Shown here one piece after another: positions 26,701 to 40,075 of a stretch of 64,000 nucleotides of DNA. The notes beneath the pieces are model-generated. The model ran no database searches. It had not been told where the DNA came from and saw only the letters and a program-made list of their open reading frames with translations. Numbering within the stretch: position 1 is the first letter of the stretch; every line of letters begins with the position of its first letter. This stretch comes from Octopus vulgaris. Taxonomy: Eukaryota. The DNA lies in the NCBI GenBank assembly GCA_951406725.2, contig OX597831.1, forward strand, positions 11,098,001 to 11,162,000. Reading direction: 5' to 3'. Made by a program: the position numbers and the translations under genes.

Positions 26701-29698
26701 AAAAGTTCATGTGGATTTCCTAGGAATACCCAACTTCTGGGACGTTTGGTCGAAAACTTCATGGGAAGTTCCGAGGATTTCCCAACATCCCGGAAGATTG
26801 GTTAAAAACTTCCTAGGAAGTTTCGAGGATTTTCCAACATCCAGGAAAGTTTGGTCGAAAATCTCCTTGTATTTTCAGAGGATTTCCCAACTGCTGGGAA
26901 GATTGGTCGAAAAGTTCATGGGGAGTTCCTAGGATTTCCCAACTACTGGGAAGTTTGGTAGAAAACGTCATGGGAAGTTCCGAGGATTTCCCTACATCCG
27001 GCAAATTTGGTCGAAAACCTCCTAAGAAGTTTCGGGAATTTCCCAACTTCCGCGAAGTTTGATCAAAAAGTTCATGGAAGTTCCGAGGATTCCCCAACAT
27101 CCGGGATGTTTTGACGAAAAGTTTATGGGAATTTCCTATGATTCCCCAACACCCGGGCTATTTGGTCGAAAACTTCCTGGGAAGTTTCGAGGATTTCCCA
27201 ACATCCGGGAAGTTTGGTCGAAAAATTTCCAGTAGTTGGCAGTTCCTAGGAAATCCCCACGAACATTTTGACCAAACTTCCCAGCAAAACTTCCAAGAAA
27301 ATTTTCGACGAAACTTCCCGGTAGTCAGGAATTCCTCATAACATCCCAGGTATTTTTCGACCAAACTTCCCGGATGTAAGGAAATCCTCGGAACTTCCCA
27401 TAAACTTTCGACCAAACATCCCGGATGTTGGAAAATCCTCGGAACTACCCATGAATTTTCCGACCAAACTTCCCAGTAGTTGGCAATTCCTTGGAAATTC
27501 CCATGATATTGGGATATTGGGAAATCCTCTGAACTTCCCTTGAACTTTTCTATCAAACTTCCCGGAAGTTCGGGAATCCTAGGAACTTCCCATCAAGTTT
27601 CCAAACCAAACATCCCAGTAGTTGGTAAATCATCGGAACTTCCCATGAACATTTCGACCAAACTTCCCAGCAGTTGGGAAATCCTCTGAACACCAATGGA
27701 AATTTCCGACGAAACTTCCTAGGAAGTTTTCCACCAAACTTCCCGGATGTTGGGAAATCCTCGGAACATACGGGAAGTTTGATAGAAAAGTTCAAGGATT
27801 TCCCAATATCCAGGGTGTTTGGTCGAAAAGTTCATGGGAATTTCCTAGGAATTGCCAACTACTGGGAAGTTTGGTCGGAAAATTCATGGGAAGTTCCGAT
27901 GATTTTCCAACATCCGGGATGTTTGGTCGAAAGTTTATGGGAAGTTCCGAGGATTTCCTTACATCCGGGAAGTTTGGTCGAAAAATACCTGGGATGTTAT
28001 GAGGAATTCCTGACTGCCGGGAAGTTTCGTCGAAAATTTTCTTGGAAGTTCTGCTGGGAAGTTTGGTCAAAAAGTTCGTGGGAATTTCCTAGGAACTGCC
28101 AACTACTGGGAATTTTTCGACCAAACTTCCCGGATGTTGGGAAATCCTCGGAACATACGGGAAGTTTGGTCGAAAAGTTCCGAGGATTCCCCCAATATCC
28201 AGGAAGCTTGTTCGAAAAGTTCATGGGAAGTTCCGAGGATTTCCCAACTTCCGGGAAATTTGATCAAAAAGTTCATGGGGAGTTCCTAGGATTTCGCAAT
28301 ATCCAGGAAGTTTGGTCGAAAAGTTCATGGAAGTTCCTAGGAATTCCCATCTTGCGGTACGTTTGGTCGAAAAGTTGGAAGTTTCGAGAATTTCCCAGCT
28401 TCCGGGATGTTTTGGTCGAAAAGTTCATAGGAAGTTCTGAGAATTTCCCAACATTCCGAACATGCGAGAAGTTTGGTCGAAAACTCCATGTGAAGTTCCG
28501 AGGATTTCCGAACTTCCGGGAAATTTGATCAAAAAGTTCATGGGAAGTTCCTAGGATTTCGCAATATCAAGGAAGTTTGGTCGAAAAGTTCATGGGAAGT
28601 TCCTAGGAATTCCCATCTTGCGGTACGTTTGGTCGAGGATTTCCCAGCTTCCGGGATGTTTTGGTCGAAAAGTTCATAGGAAGTTTCGAGGATTTCCCAA
28701 CATCCGGGATGTTTGGTCCAAAAATTTCCCGGGAAGTTGCTAGGACTTCCCAACTACTGGGAAGTTTGGTCGAAAACTTCATGGGAAGTTCCTACGATTT
28801 CCCAACATCCGGGAAGTTTGGTCGAAAAATTCCTGAGATGTTCTGAGAAATTCCCGACTGCCAGGAAGTTTCATCGATAAGTTCATTGGAAGTTCAGAAG
28901 ATTTCCCAACTGCTGGGATATTTGATCGAAAACTTCATGGGAAGCTCCGAGAATTTCCCAACTCCCGGGTAGTTTGATCGAAAAGTTCATGGGAAGTTCC
29001 TAGGATTTCCCAACACCTGGGAAGTTCCAATGTTTTACGAACATGCCGGTAGTTTGGTCGAAATCTTCCTGGGAATCTCCGATGATTTCCCAACATCCGG
29101 GAATTTGGTCGGAAGCTTCCTGGGAATCTCCGAGGATTTACCAACATCCGGGAAGTTTGGTCGAAAATTTCCTTGGAATCTCCGAGTATTTCCGAACTTC
29201 TACGAAGTTTGGTCGAAAACTTCCAGGGAAGTTTCGAGGATTTCCTTCCGGGAAGTTTGGTCGAAAACTTCATGGGAAGTTCCGATGATTTTCTTACTTC
29301 CTGGAAGTTTGGTCGAAAACTTCCTGGGTAGTTCCGAGGATTTTCTTACTTCCTGGAAGTTTGGTCGTTAACTTCCTGGGAAGTTCCGAGGATTTTCTAA
29401 CTTCCGAGAAATTTCGTTGAAAAACTTCCTGGGAAGTTTCGATGATTTTCTAACTTCCGAGAAGTTTCGTCGAAAACTTTCTGGGATGTTCCGAGGATTT
29501 ACCAAATCCCGGGAAGTTTGGTCGAAAAGTTCATTTCAAGTTCCGGGGATTTTCTAACCTCCAGGACGTTTCGTCGATAACTTTCTGGGAATTTACGAGG
29601 ATTTTCTAACTTCCGGGAAGTTTGATCGCCAACTTCCTAGAAATTCCGAGGATTTTTTAACCTCCTGGATGTTTCGTTGAAAACTTCCTGGAAAGTTT
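23708..29698. repeat. ~6 kb satellite of a ~52 bp unit (gggaagttccgaggatttcccaacatccgggaagtttggtcgaaaacttcat) with inverted blocks
   Basis: Reverse 23708-23934, unique spacer 23935-24057, forward to ~27228, reverse ~27229-27765, forward, short reverse ~28112-28154, forward to 29698. Confidence 0.95.
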
Positions 29699-29699
29699 A

Positions 29700-29910
29700 G
29701 TGTTGAAATATGCAGATGATACCAAGCTGTACCTTGAATTAAAAAGAACATATACGATCCAGCAATCATATCTGGATACACTGCAGCAGTGAACCTCTAG
29801 CTGGTATCTCAAGCTATCTGTAGACAAGTCTTTCACCATACATTAAGGGTGGAATATCCAGCTTTTACATAATCCCTCAGCAACACCAATCTCAAGAAGT
29901 CTTCTGGTGG
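29700..29910 (+). pseudogene. CR1-type LINE reverse transcriptase fragment
   Basis: ttgaaatatgcagatgataccaagctgtacctt translates to LKYADDTKLYL (YADD motif); frameshifted downstream. Confidence 0.75.
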
Positions 29911-30289
29911 ACATGTTCTGCCTAGTACTCATTTCAGATCCCCAATTTATCTTTTCACTTTTCATTCTTTTCTTTCCTTCTAACTTCCTTCCCTCTACCC
30001 CATCTCTCTATCCTTCTCCTGAGCCTTCTCATTGTACCTTTGGAACACAAGCACCACTATTTTTTCCTTTTCGTTTTTGTTAGTTTTTGTCATGTAGTGT
30101 CCCACATTTTGAAATACTTGCAATTTGTATTTTTATTTCTTATTTTAGCTCTGCTTGATACATTTCCAAAATTAAACATTTTAATATGCAAAATATACTT
30201 CACATTATTATATATGCTATGCATTAATGCAAAAAAATTGTGTTTATTGGATATCTTCAAAATGATCACACCATCAATGGAAAATTTCA

Positions 30290-30707
30290 ATGCCAACTTC
30301 CTAAGGCAGTTATGAAAGTCAATGAAGACCAAACACCCAGAAAAACTTGTTTCATTAGGACAATGCTTCAGCACACAAGTCCTTGGTTTCAATGACTGCT
30401 GTATGTAAGTGGCTGATCATGCTCCCTATGTTAGTGATTTGGTTCCTTCTGGTTAGCATCTGTTTCTCAACATAGAAAAACACTCAGCTGAGCACCAGTA
30501 TCACTATGATGAGAACATCTTATCTGTTGTTGATGACCATTTTGATCAACAGAAAAGCTTCTTCACCCGTGCGACCCAAGCACTGCAACTACTAATGGAA
30601 GTGTGTGGACAGTAAGAGGAACTATGTCAGAAAATGAACTTCATTTGGTCACATTCCATTGAGAGTGTCTTCTTGCTCAGATTATGAACATTTCAGCCGA
30701 CCCTCAT
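30290..30707 (+). pseudogene. Degenerate mariner transposase C-terminus and 3' end
   Basis: Frameshifted DNASAHKSLVSM, HAPY..DL.PS, LF..EKH and KCVDSKRNYV motifs; ends aacatttcagccgaccctcata. Confidence 0.75.
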
Positions 30708-30875
30708 AATAATAAAAATTATTATACTTGCATTTGTTTTAATGTTAACATTGGAAAAATCCACATTTTTCATTTAAAAAATTAGGACCTGGGTTTGCAC
30801 TCCCTTAGCAAATTGTGTTGCTGGGCCACTGCTCTAGAGGCAATTTTTTTGGTATACATACATACACTCATACGT

Positions 30876-30906
<31 letters not shown>

Positions 30907-31173
30907 CGCACTCATACATATATATATATATGTATATATGTGTGTGTGGTGAGTGTGTGTGGTGAGTGTGTGTGGTGAGTGTGTGTGTGTGTGTGTGTTT
31001 ATACTTAGAAGACAAAGGGGATTAAAAAATCCTGTCAAATATCAATAAAGCACCGAGTATTATTAAAAGAATTTGCTTAACAATATTCAACAATGAAACA
31101 CCAGTAAATATAAGTAGAAGACACATCCAAGGTAAATCCTCGTGCATCACAGGTAGATCCAAATATCCTTTGG

Positions 31174-31217
<44 letters not shown>

Positions 31218-31404
31218 GTATGTATGTATGTATGTATGTATGTATGTATATACTGCTAATATGGAACACTGAGAATGAGTGCTCAGCACCGCATTGGTTG
31301 ATGAATATTCTTGTTTTGTGGCTTAGGGAAACTACCAATGGTTTCATGTAAAGAGAATCTTTACATTTATTGAAGCGTAACATATGAAGACATTGGCTCT
31401 CGTC

Positions 31405-31441
<37 letters not shown>

Positions 31442-31529
31442 AAGTATATAAGTATATATATATATATACATACATACACAAACAAACACACACACACATA
31501 TATATATGCACGTATGTATGTATATAGTC

Positions 31530-31715
31530 AATTCAAGTAACCGGATAAAAACCGAAAAAAAGGAAGAAAAATAACGAACGTGAAGACGTGCACAAGAAGC
31601 ATATTAGCTTCACGCTCGGCAAAAGGAGAGAGTCTAACGTTTCGAGCATAGCTTTTCGTCGTAAAGTACAATGGGAAACGTCCAAAGAAGGTGGAGAACC
31701 ACGTTTAGTTACATT
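31530..31715 (-). mobile_element. Penelope-like pLTR fragment with degenerate minimal hammerhead (31631-31667)
   Basis: Minus strand reads acttt-ACGACGAA-aagc tat gctc-GAAAC-GTT-agact. Confidence 0.5.
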
Positions 31716-32532
31716 GCTGATCGGAGTTGAACTTGATTGGCAACTAACTAAACCTGAAACCGTAATTAAAAAAATGGAATGTTACATCGTAAAAGAACCA
31801 TTTTAGTCAAACAAAATCTGCTATATTCTCCTTCGATTATTTTTCACTTGTACTGTATATTATAACCTGTGAAAAAGTTTCATCGCCCCTCTGTGGTCTT
31901 GTCACCGCCATTATTTCCTCTCTGCTGTTCTTCCCCGTACCGTTCATCAATTAAACTTGATATTAGAAGCAGCAAGCGCGCCACACCGTGGTCGCTTTAT
32001 CTGCTCTGAAATGGCAGCCATTTCTCTCTCGAATTACGTCGCACCGTCTTTACGAGAAAAAAAAAACTAAGAAAAAAGGAGAAACAATTTGAATACACGT
32101 TGAATTTTACTTTTAAAAGCTTGGAGATGTAGTTCTGTATATGTTGTCTGGATCGAGAAAAAATTAAATGATCATGATGTCGAATAATTTGATAACAGGT
32201 CTGGTCGATTGAATTTGGCCAAGGGTTAAACAACACCTAGAAAATGCTCTTTAGTTATTGTATTTAACGCGCAATTTTAACTAATGATTTCGCAACGACT
32301 GAGATAGTATCAGGAAATAATAGAAATAAAATAGAGAATAATTAAACGAATTACAATCATTAAAACTACTGTAATGTTTGAGGGGAGGGGGAGAAAAAAC
32401 AAAGGTCGGGTGGGGTGGCAACAAAAGAAAGAAAACCAAAAAAAGAGGAAGAAATAGCCAGTACATTTACAACTGCGAGATACAAGGGATGGTAAAAAGG
32501 AAACGATTAATCATTGATTAATACTACAACTA

Positions 32533-32539
32533 GGATGAC

Positions 32540-32577
<38 letters not shown>

Positions 32578-32632
32578 CAACGACGACGACGGCGAAGACG
32601 ACGACGATGATGATGACGACGACGACGACGAC

Positions 32633-32663
<31 letters not shown>

Positions 32664-32886
32664 GGGATGATGATGATGATGACGACGACGACGACGACGG
32701 CGATGATGATGACGACGACGATGATGATGATGATGATGATGGGGATGATGATGGTGATGATGATGATGATGACGACGACGACGACGGCGAAGACGACGAC
32801 GATGATGACGACGACGATGATGACGACGACGATGATGATGATGATGATGCTGATGCTGATGATGATGATGATGATGATGATGATGT

Positions 32887-32926
<40 letters not shown>

Positions 32927-32942
32927 GATGATGATAATGATG
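32533..32942 (+). repeat. Compound (GAT/GAC)n tract
   Basis: Mixed gat/gac triplets with duplicated interruptions gacggcgaagac and gatggggatg. Confidence 0.95.
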
Positions 32943-33418
32943 AGAATGGAAGAATAAGAAGATGGCAGAGGACCGAGTGGAGAAAGAAGTTGGGGAACGT
33001 ATATCAAGAAGAAAAAAAAGGATCAGATTGAAAGACGGTTAGAATCGTAGTCGCAGAATCAGGGGAGAACGATTATAATTGGATAGAAAAAGAAACGCAA
33101 AGGAATACGCGCAAGGGAGAGAGAGAGAGAGAGAGAGAGTGTGTGTGTGTGTGTGTGTCTGCGCGTGCGCATGTGTTAGTGTTTCTACAAAGAGGAAGAG
33201 AGACACAGAGAGAGAGAGAGAGAAACACACACACACACACACATACACACAAAGAGAGGAGGAGAGACAGAAAGTGCAGGGATGGATGTATACATATACA
33301 CACATATATATATATGTGTTTGTGTTTGTATGTGTGTGTGTGTACATATGTACATATTTATATATCTATTTATATATATATATATATATGTACCTGTATA
33401 TATATATATGTATATATG

Positions 33419-33451
<33 letters not shown>

Positions 33452-33454
33452 GTG

Positions 33455-33514
<60 letters not shown>

Positions 33515-33558
33515 GTATATATATATATAAATAGATATATAAATGGATATATATATAT

Positions 33559-33591
<33 letters not shown>

Positions 33592-33622
33592 AATAGATAT
33601 ATAAATGAATATATATATACAT

Positions 33623-33658
<36 letters not shown>

Positions 33659-34463
33659 GTATATGTATGTATATATATGTGTGTGTGTATGTGTGTGTGT
33701 GTGCTAGCACGCGTGTGTGTATAAGAAAGAGGGAGAGGGGAAGGACAAATTAAAGACATACTTGCAGAAAGAGAAGATACTTAAAAAAGTGATTGAGAAA
33801 AGGAGAGAGAAAAGAGAGAGAGAGAGAGCGGGTGGGGGTGGTGGAAACAAGGAAAGAAAGAAGGAAAGGAATCATAAAAAGAGAAGAAAGAACAAAAGAA
33901 AGAAGGAGAAAAATAAGTTAAGAGTCACGACCTAATTTATTGCGATTCAAATTAATTGAATTCCAATCACCTCAAGACTGTATCTCTTCTCTTTAATGCC
34001 TCAAATGGTTTGTTGTGGATTCGTGGCTGTTTGCTGCTGTTGTTGTTGTTGTTGCTATTGTCATTCTTGTTATCCTTGCTCTCTTTTTACTTTCAATTCA
34101 AATCAGTTTATAGTAATTATACATACATACATACAAACACATAAAAACATACATACATGTATACATACATACGTACGTACACACATACATACATACGTAC
34201 ATACGTACATACATACGTAGGTACATACATACATACATACATACATACATACGTACATACGTACATACATACATACATACATACATACATACATACGTAC
34301 ATACATACGTACATACGTACATACATATATAGACATTCATACACAAGAGACACACACACACTACACACATATATTTGCATGTATGTATGTATGTATGTAT
34401 GTATGTATATATGTATGTATGTGTAAGTATATATATATATAAATATATACAAATATATACATA

Positions 34464-36133
34464 CTAGCAGAGATACCCGGCGTTGCCCGTGTTACATACA
34501 ATTGAAGAATTAGACTTTTCTGTTATATTTTCTGTAATGAACTGGAATATCTATGTTTCGAATTTCATCAAAATTGCAGATGAGGGTTATTTCCCTCCTT
34601 ACAGGCCCCCCAAAATTTAATCGTGCCACATATATCCCATATTACTGATTTTTATGCGCATATTCCAAAATTCCAGTTTTATTGAACCTGTTAAAAAGAT
34701 TTTGCTCCTGAAAAATGAAGGTCACAGAGATCTAAAATGTGAGAGTTAAGGCCCCTATTGGGGATGGGCATCTTAATGTCAACCACAGAAGTTGAATTGT
34801 TGAGAATCTTTTTTACTTGGGTCTTATATCTATTGTTTGAATTTCTTTGAAATAGGAAATATATGTTCACTGGGTTTGTAAAAGAGAGCAAAGCTACAGG
34901 AAACCAAAAGACGAAGGATCACAATAAGCAGTCAGCTACAGTACCCTAGACGTTACCACTCCCAATGTAGGATTCCTCACCATCCAGGTGACAGGCACAG
35001 CCGTAAGATGCATTACGAATCTATAGCAATTGGAAGGACGTGACCCAACTGAAATAAACATTAACAACTGTGTGACGTGAGGGCTAAGGAGAAATGAAAG
35101 TTGCAGTTTGCAAATGACTACTATACTGATACGTAACTGGACAGAATAAATTTACAATCTATAAATGTCTTTGAATAACCAGTCACTCATCTGGGAAGGC
35201 CTTGAAATCAATGTTACCATGTGGGGACTATGTGTGACCGAGTGATAATAAAAAGACTGAAAGGAGGTCTGCAATCAAATAACTTTACTCAACACTTTGC
35301 AACTGAATCAGTGGAGGCAAAGATGCCTCTCATTTACTTGACAATTTATGCAGCACATTGCAGAAATCATAATGTAAGTGTATGTCAAAGCAAACTCTTA
35401 CACTGTTGTACCATTGAATTACAAATAATGCGCATCTTCTATGCTCGGATGACCCCACAGCTTCCAAGAGTACAACTATTCGTCTTTGCTTAGATAAAAT
35501 GACAAAATTATGGGTGTTCAGTCGCCATGTTGGATTCCTTATAACTTGTAAGAAGATGAAATTTTATAAATATCACTTTATTTGTATCTAATATATATGG
35601 TTAAAATTTCCTCAACAGCAAAAATATATGCATTGTCATGGGGGTTGTGGCCCTTATGCATAGAGAATAATTTCCAAATTTCGTAAAGATCCATTCAGTA
35701 CTTTTGACCTAGTTTTGGATCATAAAAGAAATGACTAAAATTTGGGAGTTAAGGCCCCCATTTGGGTGTCTTAGAATCCTCATGTGAAGTGGAAACTTTG
35801 AGAATACTTCTTGATGTGTGTCAATAACCCATGGTTGAAATTTCATCAACATCGAAAATTTATGAATTTCCTTGGGGTTCTGCCCCCTTTAAGCCATCTG
35901 AAATTCAAACCAAACATATTGCATTATACCCGCCCTTATGCATTGAATCTAAGTTTCAAATATCATAAGGATCCATTCAGTAATTTTGGTCCATGACGTA
36001 TGAAACACACAGCATTACCCTTCTCCCTAGGCTTGGATTTTGTGTTCCAAATTTCATTATGATCGGTGCAGCAGTTTTCGAATGTATAAGTAATACACGA
36101 ACACATAAAGACATTGTCTTTGATATAATAAAT
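34464..36133 (-). mobile_element. Non-autonomous Helitron-like element, ~1.7 kb
   Basis: Minus-strand 3' end cgggcaacgccgggtatctctgCTAG|t (subterminal hairpin plus CTAG); repeated aaatttcat..gatc modules; far end near ttgatataataaat. Confidence 0.7.
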
Positions 36134-36149
36134 ATGAATGTACACATAT

Positions 36150-36181
<32 letters not shown>

Positions 36182-36224
36182 GTGTGTAATATGTGTGTGT
36201 GTGTGTATATGTGTATTGTAGTGA

Positions 36225-36254
<30 letters not shown>

Positions 36255-36270
<16 letters not shown>

Positions 36271-36536
36271 AAGATAAATTGATAGATACAACTGAGTGGG
36301 CAAACAAAAATATGAGACACAGCGTAGTGGTTTTTTTATGTTGATAAGCCTGGTACTTATTCTATTAGTTTCTTCTTTTTGAAACCAGTAAGTTATGGGG
36401 ATGTAAATAAACGAAGAGCAGTTGTGAAGCAGTGATGAAGGTGAAACACAGAAACAAAGTCACACACATACACTTAAATATATACATACATATATATACG
36501 ATTGATTTCTTTAAGTTTCTGTCTACGAAATCTCTC

Positions 36537-36603
<67 letters not shown>

Positions 36604-37012
36604 ATGTGTGTGTGTGTGTACACACACACACACACACACAAAGATAAATTGTGCGGGCAAACAAAAATATGAGATACTGCCTAGTGGTTTTTTTTATTTT
36701 GATAAGCCTGGTACTTAATCTATCAGTTTCTTCTTGTGAAACCAGTAAGTTATGGGGATGTAAATAAACGAACACCAGTTGTGAGTCAGTGATTTGGGAG
36801 AAACACAAAGACACACACACACAGACTTACATATATGCATACATATATATACGATTGATTTCTTTCAGTTTCTGTCTACTAATTCCACTGACAAGGCTTT
36901 GGTTGGTCTGAGGCTATAGCAGAAGACACGTGCCAAGTCACCACACAGTGGGACTGAACTGAGGACCATGTGTTTTGGAACGAAGTTTGTTACCACACAG
37001 CTACACCTGCAC
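36255..37012 (-). mobile_element. Diverged SINE A with tandem partial duplication
   Basis: 36255-36532 is similar to 36630-36885; head at 36850-37012. Confidence 0.75.
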
Positions 37013-37850
37013 CTGTGTGTGTGTATGTGTGTATGGGTGTATATATGTATGCATGTATACATATGTATGTGTGTATATCTATATACATATATACACATCT
37101 ACTCATATACATGTATACATGTACATCTTTATGTATAGAAATAAATGTATACATATACAGCTATACACACATACACAGCTATACACACATACACACACAC
37201 ACATACATAGGTGCAGGTGTGGCTGTGTGGTAACAAACTTCGTTCCAAAACACATGGTTCTGGGTTTAAATTTAAATTTAAAATAATAAGGGTGAGAAAT
37301 TGAATATTAATTTGATTGATATGAATTGAAAACCAGTGGTGTAGCATACAAGACCATAGCGGATCTTCTTCTAGCAAAATGGATGTCCACTGTTAATGGT
37401 TCATCCCTCTTATATAATAGTTTGACTTTAATAGTTTCAGTATTAAAGTGAAAGTATCTGACATTACAATAGAGAGATGTTTTTGTTTCAATTTTAACAC
37501 GTATTACTGTAATAATGAAGAAGATATGATATTGTTGTAGGCTCGTCCTAAGCAAGAAGTTAGAAGTTTTTTTGCCCGTGGCACTACATGGACCCTAAGT
37601 AAGGCATGTGTAAAATTTGAATGAAATTGGTTGTGTAGTTCTCAAGTTTTAGGGATTCATAGTGGAGAAGATATATTGCCGGGGGCTCGCTCTAGGCAAA
37701 AAATTAAAAAAGAATTTGCCCATGACACTCCCTGGACCCTAAGTAAGGCATGTGTAAAATTTAAATGAAATTGGTTGTGTAGTTCTCAAGTTTTAGGGAA
37801 ACACACAGACAGACAGACACATACACATTCTCAGTTTTATATATAGAGAG
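36950..37850. repeat. Dispersed copy of 4599-5330 (inverted SINE heads plus Helitron modules)
   Basis: Shared junction ttccaaaa(t/c)acatggttctgg.tttaaatttaaatt.aaaataataagggtgag and shared microsatellite interior. Confidence 0.88.
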
Positions 37851-38253
37851 ATATAGATATACATATATGAATACACACACATACACATATGTATATGCAT
37901 ATACACGTATACATATATACGTTTATTAATTCGTTTTGGAAGATTCCTATATATATACACACGTATGTGTGTGTGAGTGGGGGTGGTATTTAACAAAGCG
38001 TTCTCCTTAAATTTTTTCTCTCTTTAAAGCATTTTTCGTTTAATTCTTTTCGGTAAAAACGGAAAATTTTTGTCAAGTTTTTTCACTTTGTCTTTGTAAT
38101 TGTCTCCAATTTTATCATCGTCGTTGTCGCGGTCGGCTTCTTTCTACTCATCCGACATCATCCTCATCATCCATCATCATCATCGTCGTCATCATTGTCA
38201 TCAGCGGCTTTCTTTTTGCCGACGTCTACAGTATTGTTCACCCTACTACTACA

Positions 38254-38284
<31 letters not shown>

Positions 38285-38446
38285 TTCAATATTATGCTTA
38301 TATTTATATTCTGAGTTCACATTCTGCCATGGTCCACTTTGCATTTTATCTTGGTCGATAAATGAAGTACCTGTTGCTCACTGGGACTGATATTATCCGC
38401 TTCCCCTCCCCTCAAAATTGCTGGTCTTCTGCCGAAATTTGAAAGC

Positions 38447-38505
<59 letters not shown>

Positions 38506-38821
38506 CATTATTAAGGGAGGTGCATTAGCAGAAGCGGCTGAGCGTCGGACAAAATGCTTTGCGTCATTCGTTCCTGCTCATCACGTCCTGAGTTCAACTC
38601 CTTTTGCTTACATCCTTTGACTTTCATCTTTCCATGATCGATAAAATGAAGTCACAGTCATTTACAGGCCTTAATCTAATTAACAACTCACCTGTGCCTC
38701 GCTTGGTTCTTTAGATTTCTGAAACGTCTATTTAACGACGGAATCCTGACGATAATCGAAAGGACATACCGTATAGAAGAATAGAGCGACACCTTTGTCG
38801 TATCAATATTATTGATTTGTA

Positions 38822-39268
38822 AAAGGCAATGAGCTGGTAGAATCGTTAGCACTTTACGTTCTGAGCTCAAGTTCCGCCGAGGTCGACTCAACCTTTCATC
38901 CTACCAGTTGAGCCCCGGGATGAATATAATCGACTATCCCCCCCCCCGAAATTGCTAGCCTTGTGACAAAATTTGAAACCAATATTCATAATTTGTAACA
39001 CCCTTTGTTACTGCTAACAGAAACTACAACCACCCGATATGCATCTTATTATTCTTATTTCTTCACTGCCCACAAGGAGCTAAACATAGAGGGGACAAAC
39101 AAGGACAGACAAAGGGATTAAGTCGATTACATTGACCTCAGTGCGTAACTGGTACTTAATTTATCGACCCCGAAAGGATAAAAGGTAAAGTCAACCTCGG
39201 CGGAATTTGAACTCAGAACGTAGCGGCAGACAAAATACTGCTAAGCATTTCGCCCGGCGTGATAACGT
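38822..39268. mobile_element. SINE B copies (plus 38822-38985, minus 39055-39268)
   Basis: gagctggtagaatcgttagc..cgccgaggtcgac and its reverse complement. Confidence 0.75.
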
Positions 39269-39834
39269 TTCGAAAAAGGAATCTGAGGAAGACTTGGCCA
39301 AATATATGGCAAGATGTGTCTTCCATCGAGCGAAGCGTGTATATAGAGGATGATGCGAGGAGACAAGTAGACCTGGTGCGTCAAGCACGTGCGTACAAAT
39401 TTCTAGTTCATTCTGAGCTTTATTTATTGATTCGAAAAGGGAGAAAGCAAAGTTGACGCCAGCAATATTTGAACTCAGAATACAGAGAAATGGAACGAGC
39501 ACAGCAAAGCATTCGAGTCAATTCTCTAACGGCTCCCCGCCATTGGCTCCCCCACCTCGTTGCAGCGCTGACCCTGAAAGAAAAAGATGGTAGCATGATC
39601 ATCATAGTTTGATTCTGATATCATCGAGATCTGTTCGAGACAGAAAAAGACTGAAGAAATACCACAAGGTACTTTTTCTTTCCAACGCTCTAATAGACAA
39701 GATCGTCTGACATCGTACTACAGACATATATCTCTCTGGCGGGCATCGAGAGCAGTTTCATAAGCGCTATACACGAAACTCTCACTCTGTGGCCTCTCTC
39801 GGTTAAAGATAAAAACTAATTCTTTCCACAATAT

Positions 39835-40075
39835 CAGGGGTTCTCAACTGGAGTCCATATGACAGTTGGGGGCACCATATAAGATTTTGTCCTTAAAATT
39901 TATCTGCAAAATATATTGGTAATATTTCTACAATGTACAAAATATGTTAATTCTTTATATAATTCCTTATAAAATTTAATGGGATTTTTTTAGGACATTG
40001 GATGTCTATGAGGTTCCATCCCAGTATAATATGGATGAAAGAGGTTAACAGGTGAAAAATAGTTGAGAACCACTG
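39835..40075. mobile_element. hAT-type MITE
   Basis: 15-bp terminal inverted repeats caggggttctcaact / agttgagaaccactg (one mismatch); no 8-bp TSD recognisable. Confidence 0.75.

Noticed and set aside
24142-29371. ORFs up to 284 aa in the satellite (e.g. 27674-28528)
   Set aside because: The ~52-bp unit is not a multiple of 3; the same peptides appear in all frames and on both strands and cross inversion junctions
23708-29698. CRISPR-like appearance (palindromic repeats with variable parts)
   Set aside because: The variable parts are 7-nt recurring variants, not unique spacers; no cas genes; eukaryotic context
38742-38770. CTGACGA-taatc-GAAA motif
   Set aside because: No stem II, stem III or cleavage triplet; expected by chance
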